64,000 bases of DNA from Lingula anatina (taxonomy: Eukaryota; Animalia; Brachiopoda): contig CM120640.1 in the NCBI GenBank assembly GCA_051362555.1, positions 56,522,788 to 56,586,787 on the forward strand, in the 5' to 3' direction. Position numbers and translations under genes: made by a program. Below are positions 1-13,800 of the stretch, piece by piece (within the stretch, counting starts at the first letter, position 1; every line of letters begins with the position of its first letter). A model generated the notes under the pieces. It was not told the origin of the DNA, did no database searches, and saw only the letters and a program-made list of their open reading frames with translations.

Positions 1-2290
1 TTTACATGGCATTACACAGTCCATGATGAATGATAATGACAAAGCATTGGGACAGTTGAAATCATGAAGTAATAGAGGTCAATTACATTACATTTACACC
101 TGCAATGAAAAAGTTAACCTTTACGGGTCACTTTTTTCAACTTAATCATTCAAATTCTTAAACATGTTATATTGAACCAAGTTTAAGTATCAATCTAATT
201 GCATAAAACATATTATACTACATGAACCAAATATCTCCTAGAATCAAAAATGGAATTTATGTAAGTTTTTATTTACAGAAATTACTATTATATGGTCTGA
301 TAAAATGGTCCGATTACATGGTCATATCTAACCAAGCAGCAATGTGCATGCATGTATATGGTTTCATATACTTTCATGTAGCACCCTTCCTGACCTCCCT
401 CACAAAACAACAAAGTCTTATTTTCTGGAAAAATTAAGCACTGGTTAACTTCCAGTACAATAGCAAACATTCATTTCCCACCTGCTGTCAGGTTCTCACA
501 ATCGATGAATAATTTAATAAAAAGTCTGACTGAGTAATGGTTGAAATGTTTCCAGGAAATCTTTATGTCAAATTTAAATACCCTGACGAATACATTCAGT
601 ATGTATTCATTGTACAATAGAAGGAACAATTATTCCCTTGTCCATGGTACAGTCACATTTGACTTTATCCAAAGAACACTGCATCTTTCTTCCATATAAC
701 TGGTAAATATGTAAAAATACAGATCATACAGCATTAATAAAAAATAATCTAGACATACTAAAAATTTATGAAATTAACACCTATATGTTTCAAACCTTCT
801 CAATGGATGTATTATGGTTTTAAATAAATCAGAAAAAAAGCCATGTCATCTCCATCACCTTGGTCCAAAACATTGTGTCAGGAAAACCACAAAAGAAAGC
901 CAATGCCAAATCCCAGTATTAAGTTTGAAAACAGGACACATCAGCCTGTCTGAGAGCTTAATTGATGCTACCAATAAATAACTTTATTTACTGACAGAAA
1001 CACTCTTCAATTACAGCATTAGGCAAATAACAGAAATAATTACCACAGAAAGAAGACATCAGTCTTACCCAAGATGAAATTAAGAACACTCAAACTATCA
1101 CTGGATCAAGGAATCCATGTCATCCATTAACCATTTCAAATAAAGGATCCTTGGTCAAATATGATTTCTTATACAATCATTAAATCGTCACATAGAACTG
1201 TCATAACTGTTTAACACTTCATTGGAAAGGAAGAGGACTCTAGTCTACACCAACAAATCTCAAAATTTATATTCAAAACTTACTAATACCAAAAGTGAAT
1301 ACACTGCCTGGAAAATAAAAACACATGAACCACCATTTTTTTTAGTTTTCATCACTTGAATGGGAGAAATGGTCTTTTTCTTTACTTGTTAATTAAGCAG
1401 AATTTATAAGTTAGCACCTGAGTTGTATAGTTATGAACAGTTTTCATCTTGTCTTTTTTTCTTTCTTTTACTGATTCAGAAGACATTGGAAAAACATCCT
1501 AATACCTATATAAACCTGAGACCTACAATTAGGTAACAGAGGGTGCAGGATAAGGTTAAAAGACAGGCTTATACGTACTGATGGACTAAGTGCTGTTTTA
1601 ACATCTGTTATCTTTATTTTCCTAATGGGGTTGAATAACATAACACACAGAGATGATGCACAGACATGTTGGAAAAATTTAAATCCATACTCTACTTCCA
1701 TTAATGATTACTTCATTTCAACTTTACTTAAATCTGAGGCTGCACCAGTCTGTTTGTGTGGTCTTCACTACCACAGCAGACTAACATTTACTAAAATTTT
1801 ATAACACAGCTAACCTCAGATAAACATAAAGCAGAATCAGTCATTTAGCAAAATCTACTTTAAATTGTGTAGTAAAATACATCCCATCTGCAGAAGACAT
1901 AATAACGTAAGTTAGGTTGTCCAATTTGTGCTTCCATCGATTGGGAGATTTAAGTTGGATTACATTAACTACAGTTTTGCTTTGGTTCATCAAAAATATC
2001 ATAAATGCAATAAGAAAGAATAATGAGAAAGGGATTTCAATATTTATTTAAAATGAAAACATTTTTTTCTGTGAAAAATGAATTTCTTGTTTACTTGTGA
2101 AAATTCTGCAAATTACATTTTACTGAAGCTTTGTGCGTTGTTTTTAACAAGAGTTGTATTTATACAATGCAATGGCATTCTAAACCCTTATCAATGTTTC
2201 AAGTACTAAATCAAAGTTCAAATGAGAAATTACACATTTAACTACGGACTCATTTGGGGGTCCAAATAACACTTTAAAGCAAAAGGTTAC

Positions 2291-4781
2291 CTTCATTTTT
2301 TTGAGTGTTGACTTCCAACTCCCCTGGTCTCAGTGGCACTTTGCCATTACCCTGGAAACACAAAGAAATCAATAAGGAATAAAACAAAACAAAACCCAAA
2401 TACAGCAAAATCATTTCTTCTCAATAATTTCACAAAATTGCAGTTACAATTTTTCATAGATTGAAAATGATTAACTTTGCACTGTGCAATTGCACTAGAA
2501 AATGAAAAACATGTTAATAAAGTTATTTCTTTCTTGCAGATTTGCTTAAGTGTGATTTGCTGAAGTAAACATACTTTAGTGGAAAGATACCTCAATTTCA
2601 TTGAAAAAAAACAAAAAAAAAACAGTACACTAATATTTACATGTCAGATGTAGGCCTACAACATTTACCCTTTCCTCATATAATAATGAAATAATAATAA
2701 TAATAATAGTAGTAGTACAACTTCTACTCAGTTTTAAATGCATATTTTATTAGAAAAAAAGCTTCTACTCACAAAAGCTTCTCCAGATGTAACTTTTCCT
2801 CCAGAGATATGCAAGTTGAATTTTTCAAAGAAAAGGTATGATGTTGCAGAGGGTCTTTCCACAGAACAGGAAAGGGAGGTTTTGTCAGAGGATTTCTCTA
2901 AAGTCATCACCCATGACTGGCAAAAAAATGATATTTAAAACTAGTTTTGATTTATGAATTCATCCAAACAAACCTTTTCTTAAAACAGACAGCCAAGTAA
3001 GTGCTACTTCTAAATTAAAAACATTATCTCAGAGAGTGCTTTTTTTGTTTTGGTTACAGTAGGTAATGAAACACTATTCTAATGCTAGTACTATGAATGT
3101 GTCAGTTGTGAGATTTACATTCTAACTTATTGGATAAACTGTTGCAAACTGGATGGATAAAATTCTGAATGTGACAGTTGTGACATAAAAGAGAACAGTT
3201 TTGACTGCACATACAAGTGTGATGCTTCATGGGATGGGTATGCCTTTTGCTGAAGAAAAAGGCTGATAAAAAAAACAGAATTGTGAAATAAAAAATTACC
3301 TCTTTAGTGCCTCCTTGACAGGAATATGCAAAAGTACAAATAAATTCACCCTGAAATACAAATTAAAATCATTCTCCATCAAATCATACTGACTTATTAA
3401 TAAAAGTCTAAAACAAGTAGTGGTTCTCATTGTTTATAAAAGGGTGACATTTAAAGATATGCATGTTAGCTAATACATGTTATCAATGTAATTGCTTTGT
3501 ACTGTATGAAATTGTATGTGTCTCAACATGCCAGCATATTTTTTCTGTATGGTATAAATGCAGAATAACATTGTTAGTCCAGGGCAATTGGTCAGATTTT
3601 ACAGGCATTGCATATTGCAGACTAGTAAGAGTGGATACTGTTCATTTGACTTACAGCTTGGCAAAGCAATATATTGTGCTTAAATTGATAACTTCATTCA
3701 CCACTCTGATGTTAGCAGTATGTATGGGTATGTCCTGGGTTTAAAGAGGAGAAAGGGTGTGGGGAAAAACCTGTGTGGTTGTGGTGGTGGAGGAATCTCA
3801 GGCACAGAGGAAGCAGAATGGGTCATGTGTGATACTATGTAGGGTGATTGGTGTGAAAAGAAAGGTGCCCTTGGACCTGATGGTAAGGTGAAAGGAGTAG
3901 GTGTTGGGGATGAGACTGAAGGAATTAAGGGCAAGACTGAAAATGATTCTGTTCTAGGGTTTAAGGATAGAGGAGAAAGGCAAACTGGGGAAGATGACAT
4001 GCTCATAGATGGTGGTGAAGCAGTTTGAGGGTGGGGATGTGGCTGAAAAAAATGTTGGAGAGGGGGTGAAATTAATTCATGATAGGAGTTTGGGAGAAGA
4101 GAAAGATGACCAGTGTCAGGGCAACTGCCAAAAATAATATTCACCTGGTACTGATAGTAAAAATATAGCAGTTATCAAAGCAATACACAAAGCAGCTTTT
4201 GTTGCTTGACAGGTAACTGCATGGCTCTAATCTGAGTTACATGCATGTTGTTTGTTTCCTAACTTTTTATTCAGTTTCATTGGGAATTACCAGGAATAAT
4301 CATAAACAATCTCATGCGACACAATTATGATTACCATTTTGCTTTAATCCTTTACATTGTCAATGGTCTAATTCACTATGCAATTAGGTTTAATTAGAAC
4401 TGCTTTTTCTGAACTCTGTAGTACTAGTACTTTCATACATCAAACCTAAGTTGGTATCTTAAATGTTGTGGACGACATATTTACAGGATATGTAAATGAA
4501 GGAGGCTCACACCAGGCAATTTAATCCATACTTGAGGTTTCTTTTTATTCCAATTGTTTTATTGAAAAAAAAAAGCCACATTGAAATATGAAGTCCTGAG
4601 TGTAATGCTGGCACTTTTAAGTTAAAACTAAGACCTCACTCACCCAGCTTTCTTCAAATATTTGTGGCTTCCCGCCCGGTTTAACATCAAAATTTATCAC
4701 TTTAGGCAGTTCTTCGTTTAGACCAACAGACCAGAAAGAGACGAAAAACGTCAAAGTCAACACAACATTTTCAGTCCACAT
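2291..4781 (-). CDS. MYDGF: Myeloid-derived growth factor (C19orf10) homolog; last coding exon not identified
   Basis: GT-AG exons 4644-4781 (MWTENVVLTLTFFVSFWSVG signal-like, then ...INFDVKPGG...EESW), 3300-3350 (GEFICTFAYSCQGGTKE), 2773-2916 (SWVMTLEKSSDKTSLSCSVERPSATSYLFFEKF...) and 2291-2351 (GNGKVPLRPGELEV...) join in frame. They match recalled human MYDGF motifs FDVRPGG, TCMFTYASQGGTNE, RPQGKSYLYF and VPLKTEEFEV. Confidence 0.88.
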
Positions 4782-4875
4782 GCTGCAGCTTCCGGAAGTG
4801 GCGTGGCTGAAAAGTAAACACCGATCATCCAATCAAATTGCATTTCAAATATAGGTCATCCTAAGTAGAACAAGC
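4782..4875. promoter_or_regulatory. Bidirectional promoter MYDGF/HSD17B4
   Basis: Only 94 bp between divergent ATGs (4781 and 4876). Contains ETS/GABP-type CCGGAAGTG (4792-4800), CCAAT (4829) and AGGTCA (4853). Confidence 0.75.
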
Positions 4876-7800
4876 ATGGCTGACGACAGTTTGAGGTTTG
4901 ATGGCCGAGTGGTGCTTGTGACGGGTGCTGGCTCAGGTAATTTGACATTAATTTCTTTTTCTAGTGATGCGACTAGTTTCATGTGAAGATGTAGATGTGT
5001 AAGTAAAACGGAATATTATTTTTATTTTTGCTGAAAACATCAGATCTTATATTGATTGTTCTTTGACAGGGAGGGCAAAGTGCAATACTAGCATAAGATA
5101 AATGTCTCTACATTTTGACTTCATTTTTCTACAATTTAACATTGGCGATTGCATATTGTAAATTTTTGTTAACGTTGAAAAACACAATTCTCTCTGGATA
5201 AAGAAAAGAAATACCATAAATACCTTCATAAAGTTGGACAAATTTAATTAAAAGGAAAATGTAGATTTTAATAGGGTAATCAGCCTCCAGCAGTCCTGTT
5301 TATGTTATGGATAGAGTTTGAATGTACAGTTATGGCAGATTTACATGATATCATCTTCAACTTCCACTGACATTGGGTCATCTTTGCTACAGTTTTTGAC
5401 CTAAGATGCTACATAGTATATGCACCTGTAGGTATTTATACTGTACTAGCTAGTACTTGGCATGTACACCATGTATACAGTGTACATGTAGTACGAAAGG
5501 TCACCCTAACGAAAAAGTCCTATAGGATCCTATAAGATCCTATAGGATCCTATAGGAAATTGGCCCAAATAGAATAATTGCTATTAGGTGGGAGTGCTGG
5601 AGAGAAAAGAAATCAGAACAGAAATGTATTTGTGTTTAATTGTGTGCATGCATGAGTCTGCACATGTCAGTATAAGCCATTGTACATGGGTGCATATATA
5701 CCTGTATGTAATGTAGGATTTTTTTTAATGATTTACTTACATTATGAAACCAGGGGCGGATTTAGGCCGTCTTCTGGGTCTTCCAGAAGACGGTCAGATT
5801 TTCAAGTTTACATTGACGGGTATCCAATTTTTAATGTTGGAAGACGGTCAAAATTGGAGGATGAATCAACAAAGATAATTTGGAAGACTGTCAGTATATA
5901 GCTCTGGATCCGCCCCTGGAAACTGTTATTGTTTTAAAGAAAAATATTGGTATTCAGGTTCTTTTAGCTTTATCTTATGCATATCCACAGCAATTTAATT
6001 AATTATGTAATATACCACTTGATGAATATTTGAGTATCAAGTATGTATGTTCTTATCTTTACAAAGGTCTTGGAAGGGAGTATGCCTTGGAATTTGGAAA
6101 GAGAGGAGCTTCAGTTGTTGGTGAGTCTGTATGCAGACATGTATTACTGTTCTTAACACCTACTGAGCTTTAAAAATTTTGTTTGGTCCTCACCCCAGGA
6201 GCAGTATATGCACGTTATGCCAGTGTGATCTGTTTTACAGGTTTCTGAAATAGGACACTCGTAATTAAATAGGTGAAAACAGGAAATTGTAATTCTGATT
6301 TAATCATTAAAAATTATGTGAAGCAAGTTGACAGTGAAACACATATTGATATTTTTTATATTATAACCTATTAAGATATACTTCAATCACTGTTATGTAT
6401 ATACTGGTTTCCTTACAGTCAATGACCTGGGAGGTGACATGAAAGGTGGTGGTAAGGGCTCTGCTGCAGCTGACAAAGTTGTTGAAGAAATTAAAGCCAT
6501 GGGAGGAAAAGCAGTTGCTAATTATGGTATGGACAAATTTCACCGTTTAACCATACAGTTGTTTTTTTTTATTAAACTTTATGTTTGGACAAAACATTTC
6601 TTTATAATGTGAAAACACATTTATATTGAAGGATTTATTTTGTTTTAAACAGATTCAGTGGAAAATGGTGAAAGTGTTGTGAAGACTGCCTTGGATGCTT
6701 ATGGTAGAATAGGTAGGGATTAAACTTGTGTGTAACTTATGCTATTGTGCCATAGTGGGGCTAAGTTCATTGAAGTTTATGTAAGTGATTATAGATATAC
6801 ATGTGGTGGGAAACGCTATGCACTTTGTCCTTGATACACTATTGTAACACTATATGGTGACTTATTGATATCAGGAAATGACAAGGTAATGATATCAGGT
6901 CAAATGTATTTATTGCTTTACTTATGTTTTTATTTAAATAGATGTTTCTTGATTTGTTTTTCAGATGTAGTCATCAATAATGCAGGCATTTTGAGAGACC
7001 GTTCCTTCCCCAGGATAAGTGATGATGATTGGGGTAATTAAGTCATGCTCTAGGGTATGGGATTTAATATCAAAGAGAGGAAAGAGGACAAGGGATGCTG
7101 CAATTAAAAAAACATTCTACATTTATTAAATATTTAAAGAGCTTGTAGTTTGTATTTTCTACAGACTGCTATCAAGATGACAATATAATATTAAAGCTTT
7201 AAAATAAAAAGAACTGCTATGACTTAACCACTCCAAAAATTTGTGGATAAAACAAACTGATCATGAGGGTCTGGATCAGACATGAACTTTTTCCACGGAA
7301 AAGTGGAATTCCCCATTTTTTATTCAATTCTGATGGTTTCTGAGATTCAAGGTTAGGTGTTGAGTCCCATAATAAATGTTCAAAGGTTTTTTTTTTGAAA
7401 CCTAGGCTCATGTCTGTGTATTTGTTAAACTATGTAAAAGTCTTTCAGTTACCAGTTATCATACTTTTACTTGAATTTGTTGAGTTGTTTTTCATTCACC
7501 AGATATGGCATATTGAAATCATATTCTCTTAAGTTAAAAAATTTTATAACCAGATATCATCCAGAGAGTTCATCTACGGGGTTCATTCTCCGTCTCCAGG
7601 GCAGCATGGCCACACATGAAAAAGAACAATTATGGCAGGTAGGGATCCACTGTCATTGCACCAGTATATACATTGAGTAATGCCTTTTAGAAAGCCTTGT
7701 GTTAAAACATGATTCTTGAGTGTAGTTTACAAATGCATGGTGATCATCTATCATGCTATGCATTATGCATAGTAAGATGAACTCTCACATAACTTGAAGT

Positions 7801-10800
7801 ATGCCATATTCAAAATGCTTGTATACAATTATGTATATGATGCATATATGTTATTTTAATATACAGATACATAAAGGTATAGTTATTCCTCAATCAAGGA
7901 AAGCACATTTTTGGTGATGTACTAGTAACTATTGCTGACAATATTTCAGGTTTATTTTGACAACATCATCTTCAGGATTGTATGGAAATTTTGGACAGGC
8001 CAATTATTCAGCAGGTATACATCAGCACAAGATTTTTTAGTACTATTTACAACATTACTCATCCACTGTATGTGATATTAAGGCTCAGCCTTGATATAAT
8101 TTGCTCTTGTATGGGGCATACAGTGGAAGGCAAGTAGTTGTAACTTATATGCTAAGTGTTTGAAGTGCCAGCCGAGGTATAATGTTAATTAATACAGATC
8201 TTTTGGGAGTATTCTAAAATGTATCTTTTAAAATATTATTGAAAGTCAAGCAAATGTTCAAGTCGATTGTTTTGAAACAAATGTTCTCATTTTTTTGTAG
8301 CCAAGATGGGTCTAGTTGGTATGGGCAATACAATGGCCATCGAAGGGAAGAAAAATAATATACTTACAAATACTATTGCACCAATGGCAAGTTCTAGGAT
8401 GACCAAGAGTGTAATGCCACCACGTGAGTTTCTTTTAGTAGCATGATAGTAGTAACATGATAGTCATGATGATGTTACATCTTTATGGGCAGGTTAATGA
8501 AAAATCAATTAGTTTTTAACTACCAGATCTTATTAAATTTTGTAATCTTAATCTGCTTAAGCTGAATTTGCTCTTGATAAAAACCACAGGGTTCAGAATT
8601 TTTCACAGTACTAGTGCTGAGCACTCCAGGACTTTCTGAAAACTTTCTCATATGTATAACTATATCATTCCAGCTGTATTTGAGGCACTGAGTCCGACAT
8701 ATGTTGTTCCACTGGTGGTGTACCTGTGTCATGAAAGTTGTGAGGAGAACGGCGGGCTGTTTGAGGTGGCTGGAGGGTGGATGTCCAAATGTAAGGAGAA
8801 CCGAAGCTGGTTTTACAAAGCTCTTTTCCTGAATGAAACCAACAAAGATGAAGACATGGCCTTTTAAGAGGGTTTTTAAAGCTATTTATAGAAGGTTTAA
8901 AAAGCCATTGCTCATTGCTAATGCATTACTTAAATCTTGGGGAGAGGCCTAATGATGCAGTCTGGCTCATACATGTAGTAATTGAGTGTGCAATGTAGCC
9001 ACTAAATTATGCCACATATACAGTGAAGTTTAACCTACCCCAGGTTAACCTCCATGTCATGGAGATATTAATATTATAAATGCTTCATAGGTATTTTAAA
9101 GTAATGTTATTAATTTTCTGGAGTCATTAGTGCCATTGTTTGTGAGTAGAAACTGTATTTATTTTATGTTCAACAGTTCTGCATATTAGTTGTTTTAGAA
9201 ATGAGGACTGATTTTGAAAATTAAAAGTAACTAAATGTGTTCTCTCAGACAGACATGCACTGTTGTGGAATCAATAGTGATGTGCTGTTAAATGCATATG
9301 AATAATGTTATTGTTGCGATTATAATGCTATTTAATGCATATACGGTACCTTGTATGTAAAATGGTTGTGCATATCTGTTGACAGCTACTGTTACTGTTA
9401 TTTCTAGTGCGACTTGAAAGGACACAGGGTGCTTTGGTGAGAACAAAGGATGGGCCACTTCCAGCAGAATCAGGTAAGCTACAGCTTTTTTCGCCTTTTT
9501 ATATATATATATATATATGCACGTCCACGATACTGGTAACAGCAGGGGGTGATCATCTTTAAAAGTCTGTCAAAATATTCCTATTCCTATGCAATGTGGT
9601 TGCTTTAATGCAAAAGGGGGTGGATTTGTCTAATTATTACAGACAAATTTATGTTTCCAAATATTGCTGTGTATTTTAAATTTTTTAATTCTTAGCTGAA
9701 AATGACGCTAAAACAGCCCTTAAATCTGGGACACAGAATTACCAGTCTGTTTTGCAGCTGTACATTATGGAAAAGAAAGCTTTCAGAAAATTATTGGCAT
9801 GTTTTTTGTCATATCAGGGATCATTTACGGCACACACACTAGAGAAAAACAAAAATTACTCTTCATCACAAGTTTTGTATGTATGTATGTATGTATGTAT
9901 GTATGTATGTATGAATGATTGAATGAATGAATGAATGAACGAACGAACAAACGAATGAATGAAATGTTCCTATTGGTAGAAAGCTTTAATTTGAAAACAA
10001 ATTGTAGTTTTCAGTTTCGATAATAAAATTGATTTCCATTTACCAAATCTGTTGATTAAAATGAAATTTATACCACTGCATACTGTTGCGTTAGGTGCAT
10101 GAAATTGTTTTGGTATTATAGGTTTAAAACATGTGGCATTTGAATTAAAAAAAAAATAATACCAGGATTAAGTGATTTTTGCCCTTTGGATGATGGTCTT
10201 TTTGCCAGATTGCTACAACCCGTGTCTGTATTGTATTAATTGTATTGTGTAACTTCGTTTTTTAATAGGAGAGGGCAACTTATACAAGTTAGATATGATT
10301 GCATATGTCATATTTTGCTGTTTTTTTGTGCTTTTAGTTAGAGACAGTTGGGAGAAAATATGTGATTTTACAGATGCTACTTATCCAGTTGCAGGTCCAG
10401 GTAATATAAATAATGTTTCTCATTTGTTTTTTTGTGTTTCATCAATGATGTCATTTATTAGGTTATAGGTCTTTTTTCTTGTTCACTTTTTACTGGTGTA
10501 TAGTGCTGTTACTTTGCATGAAAATTAAATTTGATGCCAGTACTTTATTATTATTATTATTATTATTATTATTGATAGCATTTGTTTTCAGAAAATACCA
10601 TGCTCTTGATGCAGAAGTTAGAAGAACTGAAGGCTGAAGGAGAGCAGAATTCAGATAACTCTGAGAAAGGCTTGGTAAATATACCCTTAGTGTCAGGGCA
10701 CTACAAAGCTAGTTTGCTCACTATACCTTTCTATTTGTTAGCTTTACAGTGGTATGGCTGATGTGGGTTATATATGGAATCAAGATCGAGCTGGCAATAC

Positions 10801-13800
10801 CGGAATCTAGAACCTAGGTAAGGTAAATAGAAAAATAACCCACTGCCAAAGTGTTTACATGTTGCACTGCTATGATGTGAACAGATAATTAAGTAGATAC
10901 GCCATGTTCTTTCTTCCTTTGTAGACCAGCCTGATTGGTAAGAAAATACCTGCTCAGTCCTTCACGTACAATGCAGATGATGTGATACTGTATGCACTTG
11001 GAGGTGAGAATATTAAATCGGGAACATATTATAACTTTTAGAAAATGTTTGAATTCCCAATGTAATAACTGTTTTAAATAACAATTTTAAAAATGCATTG
11101 AAGCACTGTCATGCTTCAAGGGCAGATCCAGAGATATTTTCTGACAGTCTTCCAAATTATCTTTTTTGATCCATCCATAATTTTCACTTCTTTCAACAGA
11201 AAAAATTAGATAACTGTCGATGTAAACTTGAAAATCTGACCATCTTCTTGAAGACACAGAAGACAGCCTCAATCCGCCCCTGTGCTTCATGTTTGATGAA
11301 TTTGTTTCTGGGTCTTTTCTTTGTTCCTTATATTTTTATTACACACTTTGAATTGTAATGGGCCATGGATAAGGAAATTTGGTTGTATAATAAATGTGAA
11401 GAATTAAAGCTGTTTTAGTAATCTGAAGTTAATGTAGTGTTTGTCTGTTAGACTTTACTGCCTTTTAAAATATCCTGATGTATTGCTGTTCATGATCAGT
11501 GTGAGTCACCAATGCTTCTTTTATACCATTTCTTTCTTTTGTAGTTGGTGCATCTACAAAACAACCTGATCACCTCAAGTTTCTCTATGAAGGGTCTGAA
11601 GATTTTAGTGTCATTCCATCCTTTGCTGTAATTCCTGCTCAGGCAGCCACTGGGGCTGCTTTGTCATCCATTGGCTCTATGGTAGACTTGACTAAAGTAA
11701 GAAGTTTTTTGATGTTTTTTAATTATGCTGAATATATTGAATGCACAAGCTGTATCAAAACTTTCAAACACTAAAGCAAGTTCTAGGCACTGTCATTATT
11801 ATATTAAAGGGCCATGCAGGGGATTTTTCTGGCGAATTTGAACACACATTTAAAAATCCCTCCAGTCATGTTAATTTATCTTAAGACATTAAACCCTTTG
11901 GATAAAAATTTATCTGAAGTTTACCTTGTGTCGTAATCATGTTCTCAGCCTCATTGGGTAGCCTTTGCCAGCTTGTAGCATCTGTATTATACCCAGCACA
12001 AGGCCACATTACAAAACACCTACCATTTTCTTGTGTAAAAACAAGGCAATGCTGGGGTAGCGCTAGCAATTTTTTTGCCTAGCCAAATTACCACTTTTTT
12101 GTCAATTTGTTATCCAAATGGCTTTAATTTGACTAAAATTAGTCAAATCAAACCCTTTTTGTTTAGCCAATTTAAGTCAGTTTTAGCATTCGGCTAAATT
12201 GACGAGTGTTAGCGCTACCCCAGCAATGCCTGTGATGGCAGATGCCATTACTATGACTGGCCAAACATTATAAACTAAAGTGTTAAATTCAAAATGGAGT
12301 AAAACATCACCTCAAAGTGCAGGGATGGGTCAATAATTTGAGTAGGGGAAAATTGTTCTATGCCCCAGGAGAATTCATATTTTCTGAGAAAATCCCAAGG
12401 AGTGAGTGTCCTTTAAAGACAGTCTCAGTGGGTTAGATTAATGTATAGAAGCAGGTTCTATGTAAAACTTTGATCAGATTTGTATTTTGTGAGATTGTTT
12501 ATTATTATATTAATAAGTCTGAGTCACAAAAGTCCTGTTAAGACAACTAGAATAAAGAATTAGAAAACGAAAACTATTTATCATGATTTCGGAGCACAGC
12601 CAGAAGTACTTCCGGCTCAAGGTCACGACCTCGATTTTCCCACGCTTACGACCAATCACAGCAGGCTTCAGTCAGAATGAGACAGACGTCATGACTACAC
12701 AGCGAAACTTGTCAGACATGTAAGTGCCGCCTGTCCATCTTTTCGGTACATGTACCGATCAAAAACAGAAAACGTAAAGCCCAAAACGCTCTTATACACG
12801 TAACCAACTTTGTATGAGCACAAATATTGTCATTTATTGTGAACAGGATAATATGATAATCAGTTACACTTGAGACCTGTGAAGCGCATACTCACGTGTC
12901 GAGGAGTAGTTTCGCCATTGCCTCGTATGTGAGTCCTAACTCAGCTTTAAGTGTCCTCCACCGCCCCACCTCCCTCCCAACATTCACAGTCTGAGTGCTT
13001 CTTTGTCTGTCTCTAATTTTCTTTCGTATCTTTCGAACTGGAGTGGCTATTTTCTTTCGTCCCCTTTTGTCGCTCTCCTCTTCAGACTTGACGCGCGTCT
13101 GAGCCATGTTTGCTGTTTTGGCGCCAAATAGTAACATCCGGGTCTCAGCCGTAGTACTTCATTCATAGTAAACCGCGAGACTTAGCGAGAAATTGCGCGT
13201 TCTGAAGCCGTACTGTGAGGTGGTAGCTGAGTATTTAAGACGAGTCGTCTTTTATTATTTAATGGAACTTAAAAACGGTATTAGGTAGCTTCATTTTCTG
13301 AACGGTTTTGGATAGGATATACCTTGGTCATTATGGGGAAATTGGTGAGATTTCAAGGAAAATTCATTTTCGTGCTATTTTAAGGGTTTAACGCGCTGAG
13401 ACTGTCTTTAACCTAAAGCCAATAAGAATATTTGCTTTATACAGGTATGTATATATTATTTTTTGATTGACTTGAAGGATTAATAAACCAGTCTCACATG
13501 TGTCTTATATTTCTATTACAGCTCCTTCATGGAGAGCAGTATTTGGAGGTGTTCAAGCCTTTCCCCACCAGTGGCACACTGAAGACACAGGCAGTGGTAT
13601 CAGATGTGCTAGACAAAGGATCAGGAGCATTGGTAATTCTAGACAGTAAGTAAGCAAAAACACTTAAGTTAAAAGTGTAAATCAGTTTTTTGTTGGGCAT
13701 TTAAAATATACTAATAATAGTTCCACTTTGGATTAATAGATGAAATGTTTTATTTAATAAAATGATTTTAAGTACTAATTGTACCACCAGCGTTAGCGCT

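Noticed and set aside
1841-1887. Possible MYDGF last exon (DGMYFTTQFKVDFAK*)
   Set aside because: Acceptor and phase fit and it loosely resembles FKAELSK, but there is no ER-retention-like end and other acceptors (~680, ~1307) are equally possible. Left unresolved.
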